This document shows positions 1 through 8,460 of a stretch of 27,501 nucleotides of DNA, one piece after another (positions within the stretch are counted from its first letter, which is position 1; the number at the start of each line of letters is the position of its first letter). A program made the translations under genes and the position numbers. The notes under the pieces are model-generated. The model did no database searches. It was not told the origin of the DNA and saw nothing but the letters and a program-made list of their open reading frames with translations. The DNA is from a virus. Its lineage: Duplodnaviria; Caudoviricetes. The DNA lies in the IMG/VR virus record IMGVR_UViG_3300049042_000403, positions 1 through 27,501 of that record; one strand, written 5' to 3'.

Positions 1-58
1 ACTCGGGGGGGGGTAAATTGTTGGCTTTTACTGCTTTAGACTTGGCCTCCCGCGCCCT

Positions 59-1087
59 CTAAAGCGCCCAGAAAGCCAGCGCCTCTTTTTTCCGCACCGC
101 CCGCGCATAGCGTTCCCGCACCATCTTCGGCGAGGAATGCCCGAGGTAGTAAGCCGTCTTGCCCGCATCCTGCCACGCCGCGTAGTGCATCGAGGCCGAT
201 GTGTGGCGCAGACAATTCTGCGGCCATTCGTCCCAGCCCATTTCAAGAGCCAGCGCCGTTCTCGCCCGCTTGATATGATCCTCGCCCAGGCAATCCCATT
301 TTTTCGGAAGGTGCCGCTTGAGCGCCGGCAGGATCGGCACGAAGCGCGGCCTCGGCTCGGGGTCCGTGGATTTGGTTTGCGGGACGAAAATTTCGACCGC
401 TTCGATATGCTCCGGCAACGCCCGCCCGACCTCCGATATCCGCATCCCGCCAAAGACTCCCAGAACCAGCCATGCGCGCGTCCGGTCACAATTTGAAGTG
501 AGGCCGATCAGCCTCTTAACTTGGGCCACCGTCAGCAAATGGTGGACCGGTGCCGCCTGCGGCCTCTCCGCCCGCTGAACCGGCGAGCGGTCCAGGTGCT
601 CGTATCGCACGAGCCAATTATAAAAGAGCCGAAGATAAACAAAGCCCTGTTGCCGCGTCGTGCCACTCCATTCCTTGCGCGCCAGAAACGCATCGATGTC
701 TCGAGGCGACACCGCCGCCAGCGGCATCCGCCCCTGAGCCTCGACATAGTGGCCGATCCACCAGCACACCAGCCGCGCATTACTCCCGCGAAGTTTCGGC
801 AGCCGGAGCATTTGAAACTCCCGCCACCCCTCCGCCACCGTCATGCCCGACACGGCAAACGACTCCGTCCCCTTCGCCTCAAGCTGGCGCAAAATCTGGT
901 CGCGGTAAGCCACCGCCCCCGCCGCCTCATCAAAGAAAGCCCGCTTCCGCTTCCCCGAGATTTTGCTCCACACGCAAAACTTTTCCACCCCCCGGACGCT
1001 CGCCCGCTGAATGGATACGGTGCTTGTGTTGCTCTGCGTTGCTAGGGCTGTTGGCACTGTTGGCACGATGTTGGCTCGTTTAGGCAT
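59..1087 (-). CDS. int: Tyrosine recombinase / phage integrase
   Basis: Catalytic motifs GMRISE (R), TKS (K), NCLRHT (HxxR with H->N), LGHSS, RY (Y); adjacent to att core. Confidence 0.92.
   Translation of the reverse strand: MPKRANIVPTVPTALATQSNTSTVSIQRASVRGVEKFCVWSKISGKRKRAFFDEAAGAVAYRDQILRQLEAKGTESFAVSGMTVAEGWREFQMLRLPKLRGSNARLVCWWIGHYVEAQGRMPLAAVSPRDIDAFLARKEWSGTTRQQGFVYLRLFYNWLVRYEHLDRSPVQRAERPQAAPVHHLLTVAQVKRLIGLTSNCDRTRAWLVLGVFGGMRISEVGRALPEHIEAVEIFVPQTKSTDPEPRPRFVPILPALKRHLPKKWDCLGEDHIKRARTALALEMGWDEWPQNCLRHTSASMHYAAWQDAGKTAYYLGHSSPKMVRERYARAVRKKEALAFWAL
1049..1077. repeat. Putative integrase arm-type sites (TGTTGGCAC x2, TGTTGGCTC)
   Basis: 9-mers at 1049, 1058 and 1069; the same pair with the same 11-nt spacing recurs at 1256/1267 across the att core. 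Confidence 0.7.
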
Positions 1088-1123
1088 TTACAGCAATCAA
1101 GCGCAACACAGAGAAACATCAAC

Positions 1124-1162
1124 AAAAAACCCGCAGAAGCACACCAGGAGCGCCTCTGCGGG
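1124..1162 (-). terminator. Intrinsic terminator downstream of the tRNA 3' fragment
   Basis: Minus strand CCCGCAGAGGC..GCTTCTGCGGG stem followed by TTTTTT. Confidence 0.75.
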
Positions 1163-1173
1163 CATTTAAGAAG

Positions 1174-1221
1174 GGAGCCGACGGCGGGATTTGAACCCGC
1201 GACCTATCGATTACGAATCGA
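1174..1221 (-). other. attP core: 3' half of tRNA-Thr(CGT)
   Basis: Minus strand TCGA-TTCGTAA-TCGAT-AGGTC-GCGGG-TTCAAAT-CCCGC-CGTCGGC-TCC gives anticodon arm (CGT), variable loop, T-arm and acceptor 3' strand; the 5' half is absent. Confidence 0.88.
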
Positions 1222-1238
1222 GAAATGACCCCTTATTT

Positions 1239-1544
1239 TCAAAGTTTTACAGAGATGTTGGCACGGCGTTGGCTCACTGGCCGGAAAATGGCGACTTCGC
1301 GGATGCCGTGGGCGGTCTGGATGTTGGCCTTGGATTTTTCAAATTTCTTTTGGCGGATGAGGACTCTTAGCCGGGAGGAGATTCCGGTGAGGCTGTGGCC
1401 GGTTTCTTCGACCATTTGCGAAATTGTTTTCCAGCCTTGTGCGGCAAGCGCGGCGAGGTCGTCCTCTTTGGTGGACTCGTAGAAATCCGCCCAGGCGCTT
1501 TTTAGATCGGGAGAAGCCAGGGCTGGCCTTTTTTTCGTTCGCAT
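1239..1544 (-). CDS. Small winged-HTH-like DNA-binding protein
   Basis: 101 aa; WKTISQMVEETGHSLTGISSRLRVL resembles an HTH followed by a beta-hairpin wing. Confidence 0.55.
   Translation of the reverse strand: MRTKKRPALASPDLKSAWADFYESTKEDDLAALAAQGWKTISQMVEETGHSLTGISSRLRVLIRQKKFEKSKANIQTAHGIREVAIFRPVSQRRANISVKL
1256..1275. repeat. Putative integrase arm-type sites, opposite arm (TGTTGGCAC-gg-CGTTGGCTC)
   Basis: Near-identical direct repeat of 1058-1077. Confidence 0.7.
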
Positions 1545-2233
1545 AAATTAACGGTGAGGGAATTTTCGCAGTAGTGGCCCCAGGCGAAACCCTGCGACCA
1601 CGCCAGCGTGGCGCGGCGTTCGGCGGCATAGGGCATGTCGAAGTTGGCTAGCATGCCGACGCAGTAGCCAGAGGCGCCGTCGATGTTGCGGGCGCGTTCC
1701 CAGCCGACGCGGTGGAGGTGGGCCATGATCACATTCCCGTAGGTCTCGGCGTGGTCTCTGATGGCGGAGACATTGAACATCGAGCCGTGGACGAATTTGG
1801 TGCCGCCGAGTTCGACGAAATTCCGGATTCCGTAGGGCGTGAGAGGGGCGCGGAGTTTTTTGGCGGTCTCTTCGATTTTCTGGATCGTGAGATTGGCCGC
1901 GTAGGCCAAGAGGGCGTTCGGGCTTTTTGAAAATTTCCAGAGGCGGGCTTCATGATTTCCGCAGAGGATTTGGTTTGGCTCTAGTTCGTGCAGGAACTCG
2001 ATGCCGGCCATGAGATCCCCTGCTACATCGGCGGCGTGGTCGGCGTCGTTGCTGTCGCGCACGGCTCCGGCGCGGAAGGCGGAGAGGTCAATGAAGTCGC
2101 CGAGGTGGATTGTGGTTTGGGGCTTCCAGGCTTGCTTGAATTTCAGCACGGCGGCGCGGGCTTCGGGATCGATCTCCGCGCCGTGGCTGCATCCCACGGC
2201 CATCCATTTTTTCCATTTCTTGATTGGTGTCAT
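1502..2233 (-). CDS. Calcineurin-like metallophosphoesterase
   Basis: Motifs GCSHG, GDFID, GNHE, HG, AHLHR; start at 2233 overlaps the upstream stop (ATGA). Confidence 0.85.
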   Translation of the reverse strand: MTPIKKWKKWMAVGCSHGAEIDPEARAAVLKFKQAWKPQTTIHLGDFIDLSAFRAGAVRDSNDADHAADVAGDLMAGIEFLHELEPNQILCGNHEARLWKFSKSPNALLAYAANLTIQKIEETAKKLRAPLTPYGIRNFVELGGTKFVHGSMFNVSAIRDHAETYGNVIMAHLHRVGWERARNIDGASGYCVGMLANFDMPYAAERRATLAWSQGFAWGHYCENSLTVNLCERKKGQPWLLPI

Positions 2234-2487
2234 GGCAGGTCGGGGATTTCGTTGTCTTTGCGGAGTTCCCAAATGTAGGAGCGGACTTTTTCGAGCGTGG
2301 CGTCGCATCCTTTTTGGGTGACGCCTTCGAAGTCTCGCCATTCGCGAAACTCGCCGCTGCCATGTTTAAGGTAGCAGCGGATTTCGTTAAGAAGCTCGTC
2401 GAGTATTAAAACGGTATCCATCCCCTTGACTGCGCAGATGTGCTCTGTGCGCTCCTCGGGCAGCGAGAACTCAAGTGTGGCCTTCAA
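2230..2487 (-). CDS. Hypothetical phage protein (85 aa, MKATLEFSLPEE...)
   Basis: TTG start overlapping the upstream TGA; coupled at both ends. Confidence 0.7.
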   Translation of the reverse strand: MKATLEFSLPEERTEHICAVKGMDTVLILDELLNEIRCYLKHGSGEFREWRDFEGVTQKGCDATLEKVRSYIWELRKDNEIPDLP

Positions 2488-2741
2488 GCGGTTTCCTCCT
2501 CGTCGTCCTCTTCCTCTTCCTCTTCGTCCTCGAGCGGCCAGAGAATTTCTTCGGCCTCTCGGGCGAGGTTGCGGGCGGCGTGGGAGTTGCCGAATTTGAA
2601 ATCCATGTCGTAGGTGGTGCCGGCGTCTTCCCACGAGACGACGCACACGCCGCAGTCGAAATGCTCGGCGAGGGTTTGCCGGACTTGGAGGAGGATAGCC
2701 TCACGGTCTTTCGGCAGGTTGGCTTTGGCTTTGCGGCTCAT
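2484..2741 (-). CDS. Hypothetical protein with acidic C-terminal tail (85 aa)
   Basis: ATGA overlap with the amidase stop; MSRKAKANL...EDEEEEEEDDEEETA. Confidence 0.7.
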   Translation of the reverse strand: MSRKAKANLPKDREAILLQVRQTLAEHFDCGVCVVSWEDAGTTYDMDFKFGNSHAARNLAREAEEILWPLEDEEEEEEDDEEETA

Positions 2742-3337
2742 GCGGCGCGGTTCAAAGCGGCGAGAAGGGCGGCGTGGGCGGCAGGACTGCAATCGTCTTT
2801 GCGGCCGGGTGCGACATCGGCGTGGCGGATGATGTTGGAAAGGGGAATGTGGTATTCGTCGAGGATTGGCAAAAGATATTCCACGGCGCTGAGGATGGCG
2901 TCTTCGCCGAGCGGCACTTGATAGGTGTCCCCTTCCCATGCGAGGCCGATGGCGAAGGAGTTGGCGTCTTTGCGGCCTTGCCACGAGCTGACGCCAGCGT
3001 GCCATGTGCGTTGGCTGGGCGTGGCGAGCACGGTGCGCTTGCCGTTTCGGGCGATGATGCAGTGGTAGGAGACTTTGCTCACGGGGTCCATGCACCATGA
3101 GACGCTCCCAGCGTAAGCGCCGGAGCTGTGGTGGAGCACGATGTGGGTCGGCTTGATGACGCGGCCGGCCGAGACATTCGGCGTCTTGCGGTTTGTTTGC
3201 TGGTAGTATTTTTTCGGCTCGGGAACTGGTAAGGATTTCTTAACAGTTGGCGCTGGCTTCGGCTCCGTTGGCGCTGGCTCGGCGGGCGGAATCGCGGCGG
3301 GGAACATGCGGCGGAGGAAGTCGAAGAGGTGCATCAC
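2738..3337 (-). CDS. Endolysin, N-acetylmuramoyl-L-alanine amidase (Amidase_2 type)
   Basis: IVLHHS, VSYHCII, TWHAG, IGLAWEG, IIRHADV...KDDC Zn-amidase motifs. Confidence 0.9.
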   Translation of the reverse strand: MMHLFDFLRRMFPAAIPPAEPAPTEPKPAPTVKKSLPVPEPKKYYQQTNRKTPNVSAGRVIKPTHIVLHHSSGAYAGSVSWCMDPVSKVSYHCIIARNGKRTVLATPSQRTWHAGVSSWQGRKDANSFAIGLAWEGDTYQVPLGEDAILSAVEYLLPILDEYHIPLSNIIRHADVAPGRKDDCSPAAHAALLAALNRAA

Positions 3338-3585
3338 TTATCTTTCCAGGCAGGGAGGGTTTGCTGGTATTGGCTGAGAGCGTGCAGAAGGTTGGCGTTT
3401 TCGCGTTCGCCTTCGGTGAGGCGTGGCTCGAAGCGGATGCTCGTGCGGATGTGCAGGGTTCCAGCTTCGCCGACGCGGTCACCGAATGGCGGCACCGGCA
3501 CGGCCACGCAGGAGGTGAGGAAGGCGAGAGCCAAGAACAGCCAGCCGAGGATCATCAGCACGGCGGCGACTTGCTTGGGCGTCAT
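3334..3585 (-). CDS. Lipoprotein, o-spanin candidate (83 aa)
   Basis: MTPKQ plus hydrophobic stretch plus lipobox LTSC, then Pro-rich segment; lies between holin and endolysin. Confidence 0.6.
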   Translation of the reverse strand: MTPKQVAAVLMILGWLFLALAFLTSCVAVPVPPFGDRVGEAGTLHIRTSIRFEPRLTEGERENANLLHALSQYQQTLPAWKDK

Positions 3586-3755
3586 TTTCCTTTTCGGAAA
3601 ATGTTGATGACGCCGACCAGCGAAAGCCCAGCGGCCACGATGGCTTCCTGATGCTCGGGCTCGACCTTTAGGCCGACAGCGGTGCCGACTAAAATAAGAC
3701 CGCGCCATGTGGAGTTCTCGCTGAGCCGGTCGAGGATGTAGAGGAGTGCTTTCAT
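3582..3755 (-). CDS. Putative holin, 57 aa (not in ORF track)
   Basis: MKALLYILDRLSENSTWRGLILVGTAVGLKVEPEHQEAIVAAGLSLVGVINIFRKGK: two hydrophobic segments, basic C-terminus, ATGA-coupled to the next gene. Confidence 0.7.
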   Translation of the reverse strand: MKALLYILDRLSENSTWRGLILVGTAVGLKVEPEHQEAIVAAGLSLVGVINIFRKGK

Positions 3756-3769
3756 CTCCCGTGGGGAGA

Positions 3770-3776
3770 TGTCAAA
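3770..3776 (-). promoter_or_regulatory. TTTGACA late motif, 14 nt before the holin ATG
   Basis: TTTGACA-N14-ATG. Confidence 0.65.
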
Positions 3777-3779
3777 GGG

Positions 3780-4037
3780 TCAGCGGCGCTCGAGGGCGCG
3801 GATGCGGCCTTCGTGGTCGGCGAGGAGGATGTCGTGGCGCTTGTCTGTTTCGGCGTTGGCTTCCATCCTGATCAACACGGCTTCGATTTTCTCAACGCGG
3901 CCGCTGAGTTTTTCCGACGCGGCTTCGAACTCGGTGCGGCTGACAAATTGGCTTTGCAGGACGATGACCACGAGAATCCCGGCGGGGGTTACCCACCGGG
4001 ATGCGAGGTCGATGGCTTTCGCTAAGCTCTCGCTCAT
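3780..4037 (-). CDS. Membrane protein with coiled coil (lysis-associated, i-spanin-like)
   Basis: N-terminal TM segment (GILVVIVL) then a heptad-rich helix. Confidence 0.55.
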   Translation of the reverse strand: MSESLAKAIDLASRWVTPAGILVVIVLQSQFVSRTEFEAASEKLSGRVEKIEAVLIRMEANAETDKRHDILLADHEGRIRALERR

Positions 4038-5266
4038 TAGCTTTGCGACTGAGCGAGAAGGGTGCCGACGATGTTCGTGGTCGCCACATTGGCGAGGCGG
4101 TCGGTGTTGAGCAGATCCGTCTTTGCTTTGATGGCTGTGATGTTGGCCGACGGGATGTCGCCTGTGGCTGCGGGTGACGCGGGCAGGTTGTCGGTCTTCG
4201 CTTTGATCGCGGTGATGTCGCTGTTCGCAGGCGCTGTGTAGGAACTGCTGGCGAGCCTGCTGCTGATGGCTTGGTCGATTCTCGAAAGCTCGGTGGATAG
4301 CTCGGTGCGTGTGGCGCTGGCCACTGCCGAGGCGCTAGGCGCGGCGGTCGTGGGGATGCTGTCCAGCTTTCCGCCGTTGCGCTCGAGGTCGGCGCGGACG
4401 GCGGCGACGAGCGAGACTTCGCTGAGGTTCTGGTTGCCGATGGCTCCGACGATGGCGTTCAGCACGGCTTGGCCGTCGCCTTCGTTGAGGATCGAGGATT
4501 CCACGGCGGCCGCGATGGCGGTGCGCTCGGCGCTGGTGAGGCTGTAGCCGGTCTTATCGGCAGCGGCCCACACGGCGGTGGTGATTTCTGCGGCGGTCGG
4601 AGGAGTTGTCGGGGCTGTGTAGGCGCTGCCTGCGAGACGCGACGAAACGGAGGCATCCAGGCGACTCAGCTCCACGGCCAGTTCGGTGCGGATGTCTGCC
4701 ACGGTTGGGGCTGAGGTCGGCGCGGTGTAGCCCGATGTTGCAAGACGACTCGAAACGGTGGCGTCGAGATTGGCGAGTTTGGTCGAGTTGCTGTCCATTT
4801 CCTGCCGGATTGCTGTGACCGTTGGAGCGGCGCTCGGTGCTGTGTAATCAGCGGCGGCGAGACGCGAGGATATGTTTTGATCCACCCGGCCAAGCTCCAC
4901 CGAAAGCTCGGATCGCACCTGGCTGGCAATGGCGCTCGCGGAAGGCACGGTTGGCGCGTTGGTTAGGGTTGTCGTGGTGGCGCACAGGGTGACATTGGCC
5001 ACAGTGTCGGATGATGGGTTGAAGGTGCTGGCTGGCACTTCGGCGCTTCCGCTCCAGACGATGCTGCCGCTGCCGACATTGGCTCCGGCGCTGATGAATG
5101 CGAGTTGATAGGTGCCTGCGGTGCCGGTCATGGTGCCGGTGTAAAAACCGGTGCTGCCGACTTCGGAGAGCGAGATGGCAGACCCGACGGCGGAGCCGGA
5201 TTGGTAGGGTTGAGCGGTGACGGTGAGGCCGCTGGTGGGCAGGGCGATGTTGAGTTCGTTGGCCAT
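4037..5266 (-). CDS. Repeat-rich virion/fibre protein
   Basis: Four RxEL..L.R.D..VSSRLA...YTAP-like repeats and two ITAIKAKTD repeats. Confidence 0.7.
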   Translation of the reverse strand: MANELNIALPTSGLTVTAQPYQSGSAVGSAISLSEVGSTGFYTGTMTGTAGTYQLAFISAGANVGSGSIVWSGSAEVPASTFNPSSDTVANVTLCATTTTLTNAPTVPSASAIASQVRSELSVELGRVDQNISSRLAAADYTAPSAAPTVTAIRQEMDSNSTKLANLDATVSSRLATSGYTAPTSAPTVADIRTELAVELSRLDASVSSRLAGSAYTAPTTPPTAAEITTAVWAAADKTGYSLTSAERTAIAAAVESSILNEGDGQAVLNAIVGAIGNQNLSEVSLVAAVRADLERNGGKLDSIPTTAAPSASAVASATRTELSTELSRIDQAISSRLASSSYTAPANSDITAIKAKTDNLPASPAATGDIPSANITAIKAKTDLLNTDRLANVATTNIVGTLLAQSQS

Positions 5267-5270
5267 GATT

Positions 5271-5687
5271 TTAGGAGTTTAGAGTGATGAGTGTTTCGGT
5301 GAGGGTTTCCTCAAAAGAGTGCGGGGCGGCGGGCCAGTTGCTGGCGGCGGGGGCGAGGCCGCTGGCGATCATGCCGTCGAGCCATGCTTGCACTGCGACG
5401 AGCTTGGGCGAAGATTTCGCGGCGGCGTCGAGGCGGAGCTTTTGGTAGAGGAGAGTGGTGCTGCGGTTGCCGCCGTAGCCTTGCTCGGCGGTCCATTCCT
5501 CGGCGGTGTAGGTGGGCGCGGCGGGTGTGACCCATTCGCCGTCCTGCCACACGGCGTCTTCGCTGGGCTTGGGCGGCAGCGGGGCGTAGTCGGCAGCTTT
5601 GGGGTTGCCGTTCGCGGCCCATGCGGCGAGGGTTTCGGGCGCGAGGGTGACGAGTTCGTTGGTGGTGAGGTTGTAATGGTTAGGCAT
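5271..5687 (-). CDS. Tail fibre assembly-like protein
   Basis: PPKPSEDAVWQDGEWV motif typical of fibre chaperones; follows the receptor-binding gene. Confidence 0.5.
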   Translation of the reverse strand: MPNHYNLTTNELVTLAPETLAAWAANGNPKAADYAPLPPKPSEDAVWQDGEWVTPAAPTYTAEEWTAEQGYGGNRSTTLLYQKLRLDAAAKSSPKLVAVQAWLDGMIASGLAPAASNWPAAPHSFEETLTETLITLNS

Positions 5688-6366
5688 AAACGCGTGGATG
5701 GTTGGCGACGGTCGCGCCGTTGTTGTTAGTGATTGTCAGCCCGCCTTTGACATCTTGTAGATTTCTGACGAGGGGGGCATAAAAAACGAGGTTCTGCGGG
5801 CGGATTTTGTCGCAGGTCATGCCTTTCGCAAGGGAGGCAATTTCAGCGGCGGTGAGGGCGGCGTTCCAGATGCCGACTTCGGCAGCAGAAAAAGTGCTTA
5901 AATTATTGGCTCCATTTCTGCCGTTGATTTGAGGAACAATGGCGTTTGTAATCGCAGAAGTCAGGGTGTTCCTGTTGACAACCGTTGTCACTTGCGAGCC
6001 ATTAAAGTAAAATTTTTGATCCAGCGTGTTCGCAGATGTTGTCGATGCAGCCATGTGCGACCACTGCCCCGCAACAGGCGAAGCAGAAGCGATTCCCCAA
6101 GATTCATTTGTGGAATTATTTCGCTTTGAAAAAGAAATCCAATTCCCTACTCCTTGACCTACATTTAATTGCCAAAGGAACCCCAAAGCCCAGCCTGTTG
6201 AATTCCCAAAAGCGTCCTGTTTATTAAGAAGTTGGAATGCTCCAGATGCAAGTGTCGGGAATAAAAAATTCCCTGCCACGGTAAAGACCGAGTCTTTATC
6301 AAAAGCCAAAGAAGCCGATGTGCCAATGTTGAGTCTGGCTCCAGCGGAGGTTAGTGCGTAAGCCAT
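5680..6366 (-). CDS. LamG/concanavalin A-like lectin, receptor-binding candidate
   Basis: GQWSHMAAS, KFYFNG, AEVGIWNAALTAAEIASL are LamG-type motifs. Confidence 0.75.
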   Translation of the reverse strand: MAYALTSAGARLNIGTSASLAFDKDSVFTVAGNFLFPTLASGAFQLLNKQDAFGNSTGWALGFLWQLNVGQGVGNWISFSKRNNSTNESWGIASASPVAGQWSHMAASTTSANTLDQKFYFNGSQVTTVVNRNTLTSAITNAIVPQINGRNGANNLSTFSAAEVGIWNAALTAAEIASLAKGMTCDKIRPQNLVFYAPLVRNLQDVKGGLTITNNNGATVANHPRVYA

Positions 6367-6370
6367 AAAA

Positions 6371-7081
6371 TCAAGCGATTTGCTGAATTTCGACGGCGAT
6401 GAGTTCGGCGTCGCCTGTCATAGTGTCGTTGGTGGCATCGTCGGCATCGCGGAAGACTTTGATGCGGAAGGTGTCGCCGACGACGAGGGAATCAATGGAG
6501 GTGGCGGTGATTTCGGCGATGGTGACTATTCCTGAGGTTCCGTTTGCGGCACTGGTGGTGAGCGTGGCGGTGTCGAAGGAGTCGGCATCAAGATCGGTAA
6601 CGCAACGCTCGAACTGCACGCCCCATCGGACATTGCCGGAGGTGGCGGAGGTGGCCATCCACGCAAGGCGGATTTTTAGGCCGCTGGAGAGATTGGCGTA
6701 GTCGGGGATGACGCCGGAGAAGATCGCGGCTTCGTCGGTGGCAGCGTCGAAATCGAGGACGGCGATGGAGTTTCGCGTGTCCAAGGTGGCGAAGGCGGTG
6801 GCGGGGGGCTGGTTCTCGCGGGGGGTGAATCGGGCGAGGGTTTTTGAGGCGAGGTAATAATTTTGCGTGCCTGTCGAGGCATTCAGAGTCGTTCCTGTGA
6901 TTGATAGCGAGCTGCCGAGTTCGAGGTGGGTGAGTTTGCCTGCGGAGTCGTCCCAGAAGAGGAGTTTGTCGGCTCCGGCGTCAGCGGCGGAGATGGCTCC
7001 GTCGGTGGCTGTGAGTGCGTCTGCGGCGGTGGGGTCGATAGAAACGCTGTCGCCGGAGGCGAGGATGGGTGTTGCGATCAT
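6371..7081 (-). CDS. Tail fibre-associated beta-rich protein
   Basis: 236 aa, Ala/Thr/Ser/Asp rich, within the fibre cluster. Confidence 0.6.
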   Translation of the reverse strand: MIATPILASGDSVSIDPTAADALTATDGAISAADAGADKLLFWDDSAGKLTHLELGSSLSITGTTLNASTGTQNYYLASKTLARFTPRENQPPATAFATLDTRNSIAVLDFDAATDEAAIFSGVIPDYANLSSGLKIRLAWMATSATSGNVRWGVQFERCVTDLDADSFDTATLTTSAANGTSGIVTIAEITATSIDSLVVGDTFRIKVFRDADDATNDTMTGDAELIAVEIQQIA

Positions 7082-7084
7082 GGT

Positions 7085-7453
7085 TTAAGAAAATTGGAGT
7101 GAGCTGCGAGAATTCCACGCTCCGGTTGCCGAGGCTTCGGTGGAGGAGTTGCCGTCTGCGGAAAATTGAGTGCGGGAGATTTCCCACGCGGTGGCGTCGT
7201 AGATGGAGCCGGTGGCGGGCACATCCGTGTAGAGGAGATAGCCGAGGTAGGTTGTGTCGCCGTTGGAGTCGAAGACGAACACGCGGTCGGGGGCTTCGCC
7301 TGCGCCTGCGAGGCGGTAGATTTCGCCTGTCGCGGGATTGCGCGAGTAAAGGCGGCGGTCGGCGTGGTTGATGGCGATCTCGCCGAGGGCGAGAGTGGGC
7401 GGAACTGCTCCGCTCTGGACCGACTTTTTCGGAATGATGGTTGGATTTGGCAT
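7085..7453 (-). CDS. Small fibre protein: Mtd_N-like N-terminus plus C-terminal W..R module
   Basis: N-terminus GAVPPTLALGEIAINHADRRLY; C-terminus similar to that of 8735..10417. Confidence 0.65.
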   Translation of the reverse strand: MPNPTIIPKKSVQSGAVPPTLALGEIAINHADRRLYSRNPATGEIYRLAGAGEAPDRVFVFDSNGDTTYLGYLLYTDVPATGSIYDATAWEISRTQFSADGNSSTEASATGAWNSRSSLQFS

Positions 7454-7542
7454 GGGCCTTTTTTATTCAGCGGAATTTTTTAAATCCCCCGCTTGGCGAG
7501 GCGGCATGGGCCGCCCCGCCGGGGAGTGGGTTGCGGGTTGGA

Positions 7543-8460
7543 TCAATAAACTCCGCCGTCGATCGTGGTCTCGAGCGCGCTGATGCGGGTCTCGTGGTCG
7601 GCGACATCGGCCTCGACTGCGTCCAGGCGGGAATCCGCGCTGGCGTTTTCGAGAGTGGTGATGCGGTTGCTGAGGCTGGTGTCCGCTGTGGAGCGGGTGG
7701 AAGCCTCGGCGTCGATGTTGTTTTGAAGAGTCGTGTCGGCATTCGCGCGGCTGGTCGCTTCGGCCGAAACGGCGGCGATGCGCGCGGTCTCTTCGGCGCT
7801 GATCGCCGTGGCGTTGTCCACGATGTCCTCTTCGGCCGCTGTGACACGGGTGGTCAGCGCGGTTAGGTTTGAGGAAACGGTGTTGATGTTATTCTGAAGA
7901 GTCGTGTCGCCTGCTTGGCGGTCGCTGACTTCTTGAGCGAGAGCGGCGTTGTTGCTGGTCACATAACCGGCGAACGCTTGGTCGTTAGTCGTGTCGACTG
8001 AATTGATGAGGGTGACGATTTCCGCGAAGCTGTCTTTGTCAGCCTGGGAAGCGGAGAGGATCGCGTCGACGCGGTTTTTCTCAGTCGTGATTTTGCCGTC
8101 GAGGACGGAGTCGGCTGCTTCACGAGCGGATTGCTCGGCGCTAACTGCCGCGATGCGTGCTGTCTCTTCCGCTGTGATGTCGTCGGCGAGGTCGCTCTCG
8201 GCACCTTGGGCGCGGGAGATCTCGGCGTTGAGGTTATTGGTCAGCGTGGTGTCGGCGGCTTCGCGGGCGGATTGCTCGCTCGAGACGGCGCTGTCGACAT
8301 AGGTCTTCTTTGCGAAGACATGCTCGCCGCCGATGGCCAGAGGGCCGGAGGCTGTGCCGATGAAGAGGGACTTGTTGAGGAGGTCCATCGCGAGTTCGCC
8401 CTGTTGGAGCGAAACTGGCGCGCCTGAACCGCGTTTGATTTTGAGGATGGGATTAGCCAT
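7543..8460 (-). CDS. Coiled-coil fibre with Mtd_N-like N-terminus, ending IDGGVY
   Basis: ILKIKRGSGAPVSLQQGELAMD; repeats AEETARIAAVSAE x2, EQSAREAAD x2, DTTL. Confidence 0.75.
   Translation of the reverse strand: MANPILKIKRGSGAPVSLQQGELAMDLLNKSLFIGTASGPLAIGGEHVFAKKTYVDSAVSSEQSAREAADTTLTNNLNAEISRAQGAESDLADDITAEETARIAAVSAEQSAREAADSVLDGKITTEKNRVDAILSASQADKDSFAEIVTLINSVDTTNDQAFAGYVTSNNAALAQEVSDRQAGDTTLQNNINTVSSNLTALTTRVTAAEEDIVDNATAISAEETARIAAVSAEATSRANADTTLQNNIDAEASTRSTADTSLSNRITTLENASADSRLDAVEADVADHETRISALETTIDGGVY

Noticed and set aside
1174-1221. Intact tRNA-Thr gene
   Set aside because: No D-arm or 5' acceptor strand; only the 3' half is present, so it is an att core
1239-1544. Excisionase assignment for the HTH gene beside attP
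   Set aside because: Only proximity supports it; it overlaps the phosphoesterase gene and lacks a clear Xis/AlpA signature
7495-7522. Intrinsic terminator after the coiled-coil fibre gene
   Set aside because: A strong GC hairpin is present but there is no adjacent U-tract on the minus strand; function unclear
5680-8460. Diversity-generating retroelement suggested by Mtd_N-like domains
   Set aside because: No reverse transcriptase, no TR/VR pair differing at adenines, and no C-type lectin tip seen in the window
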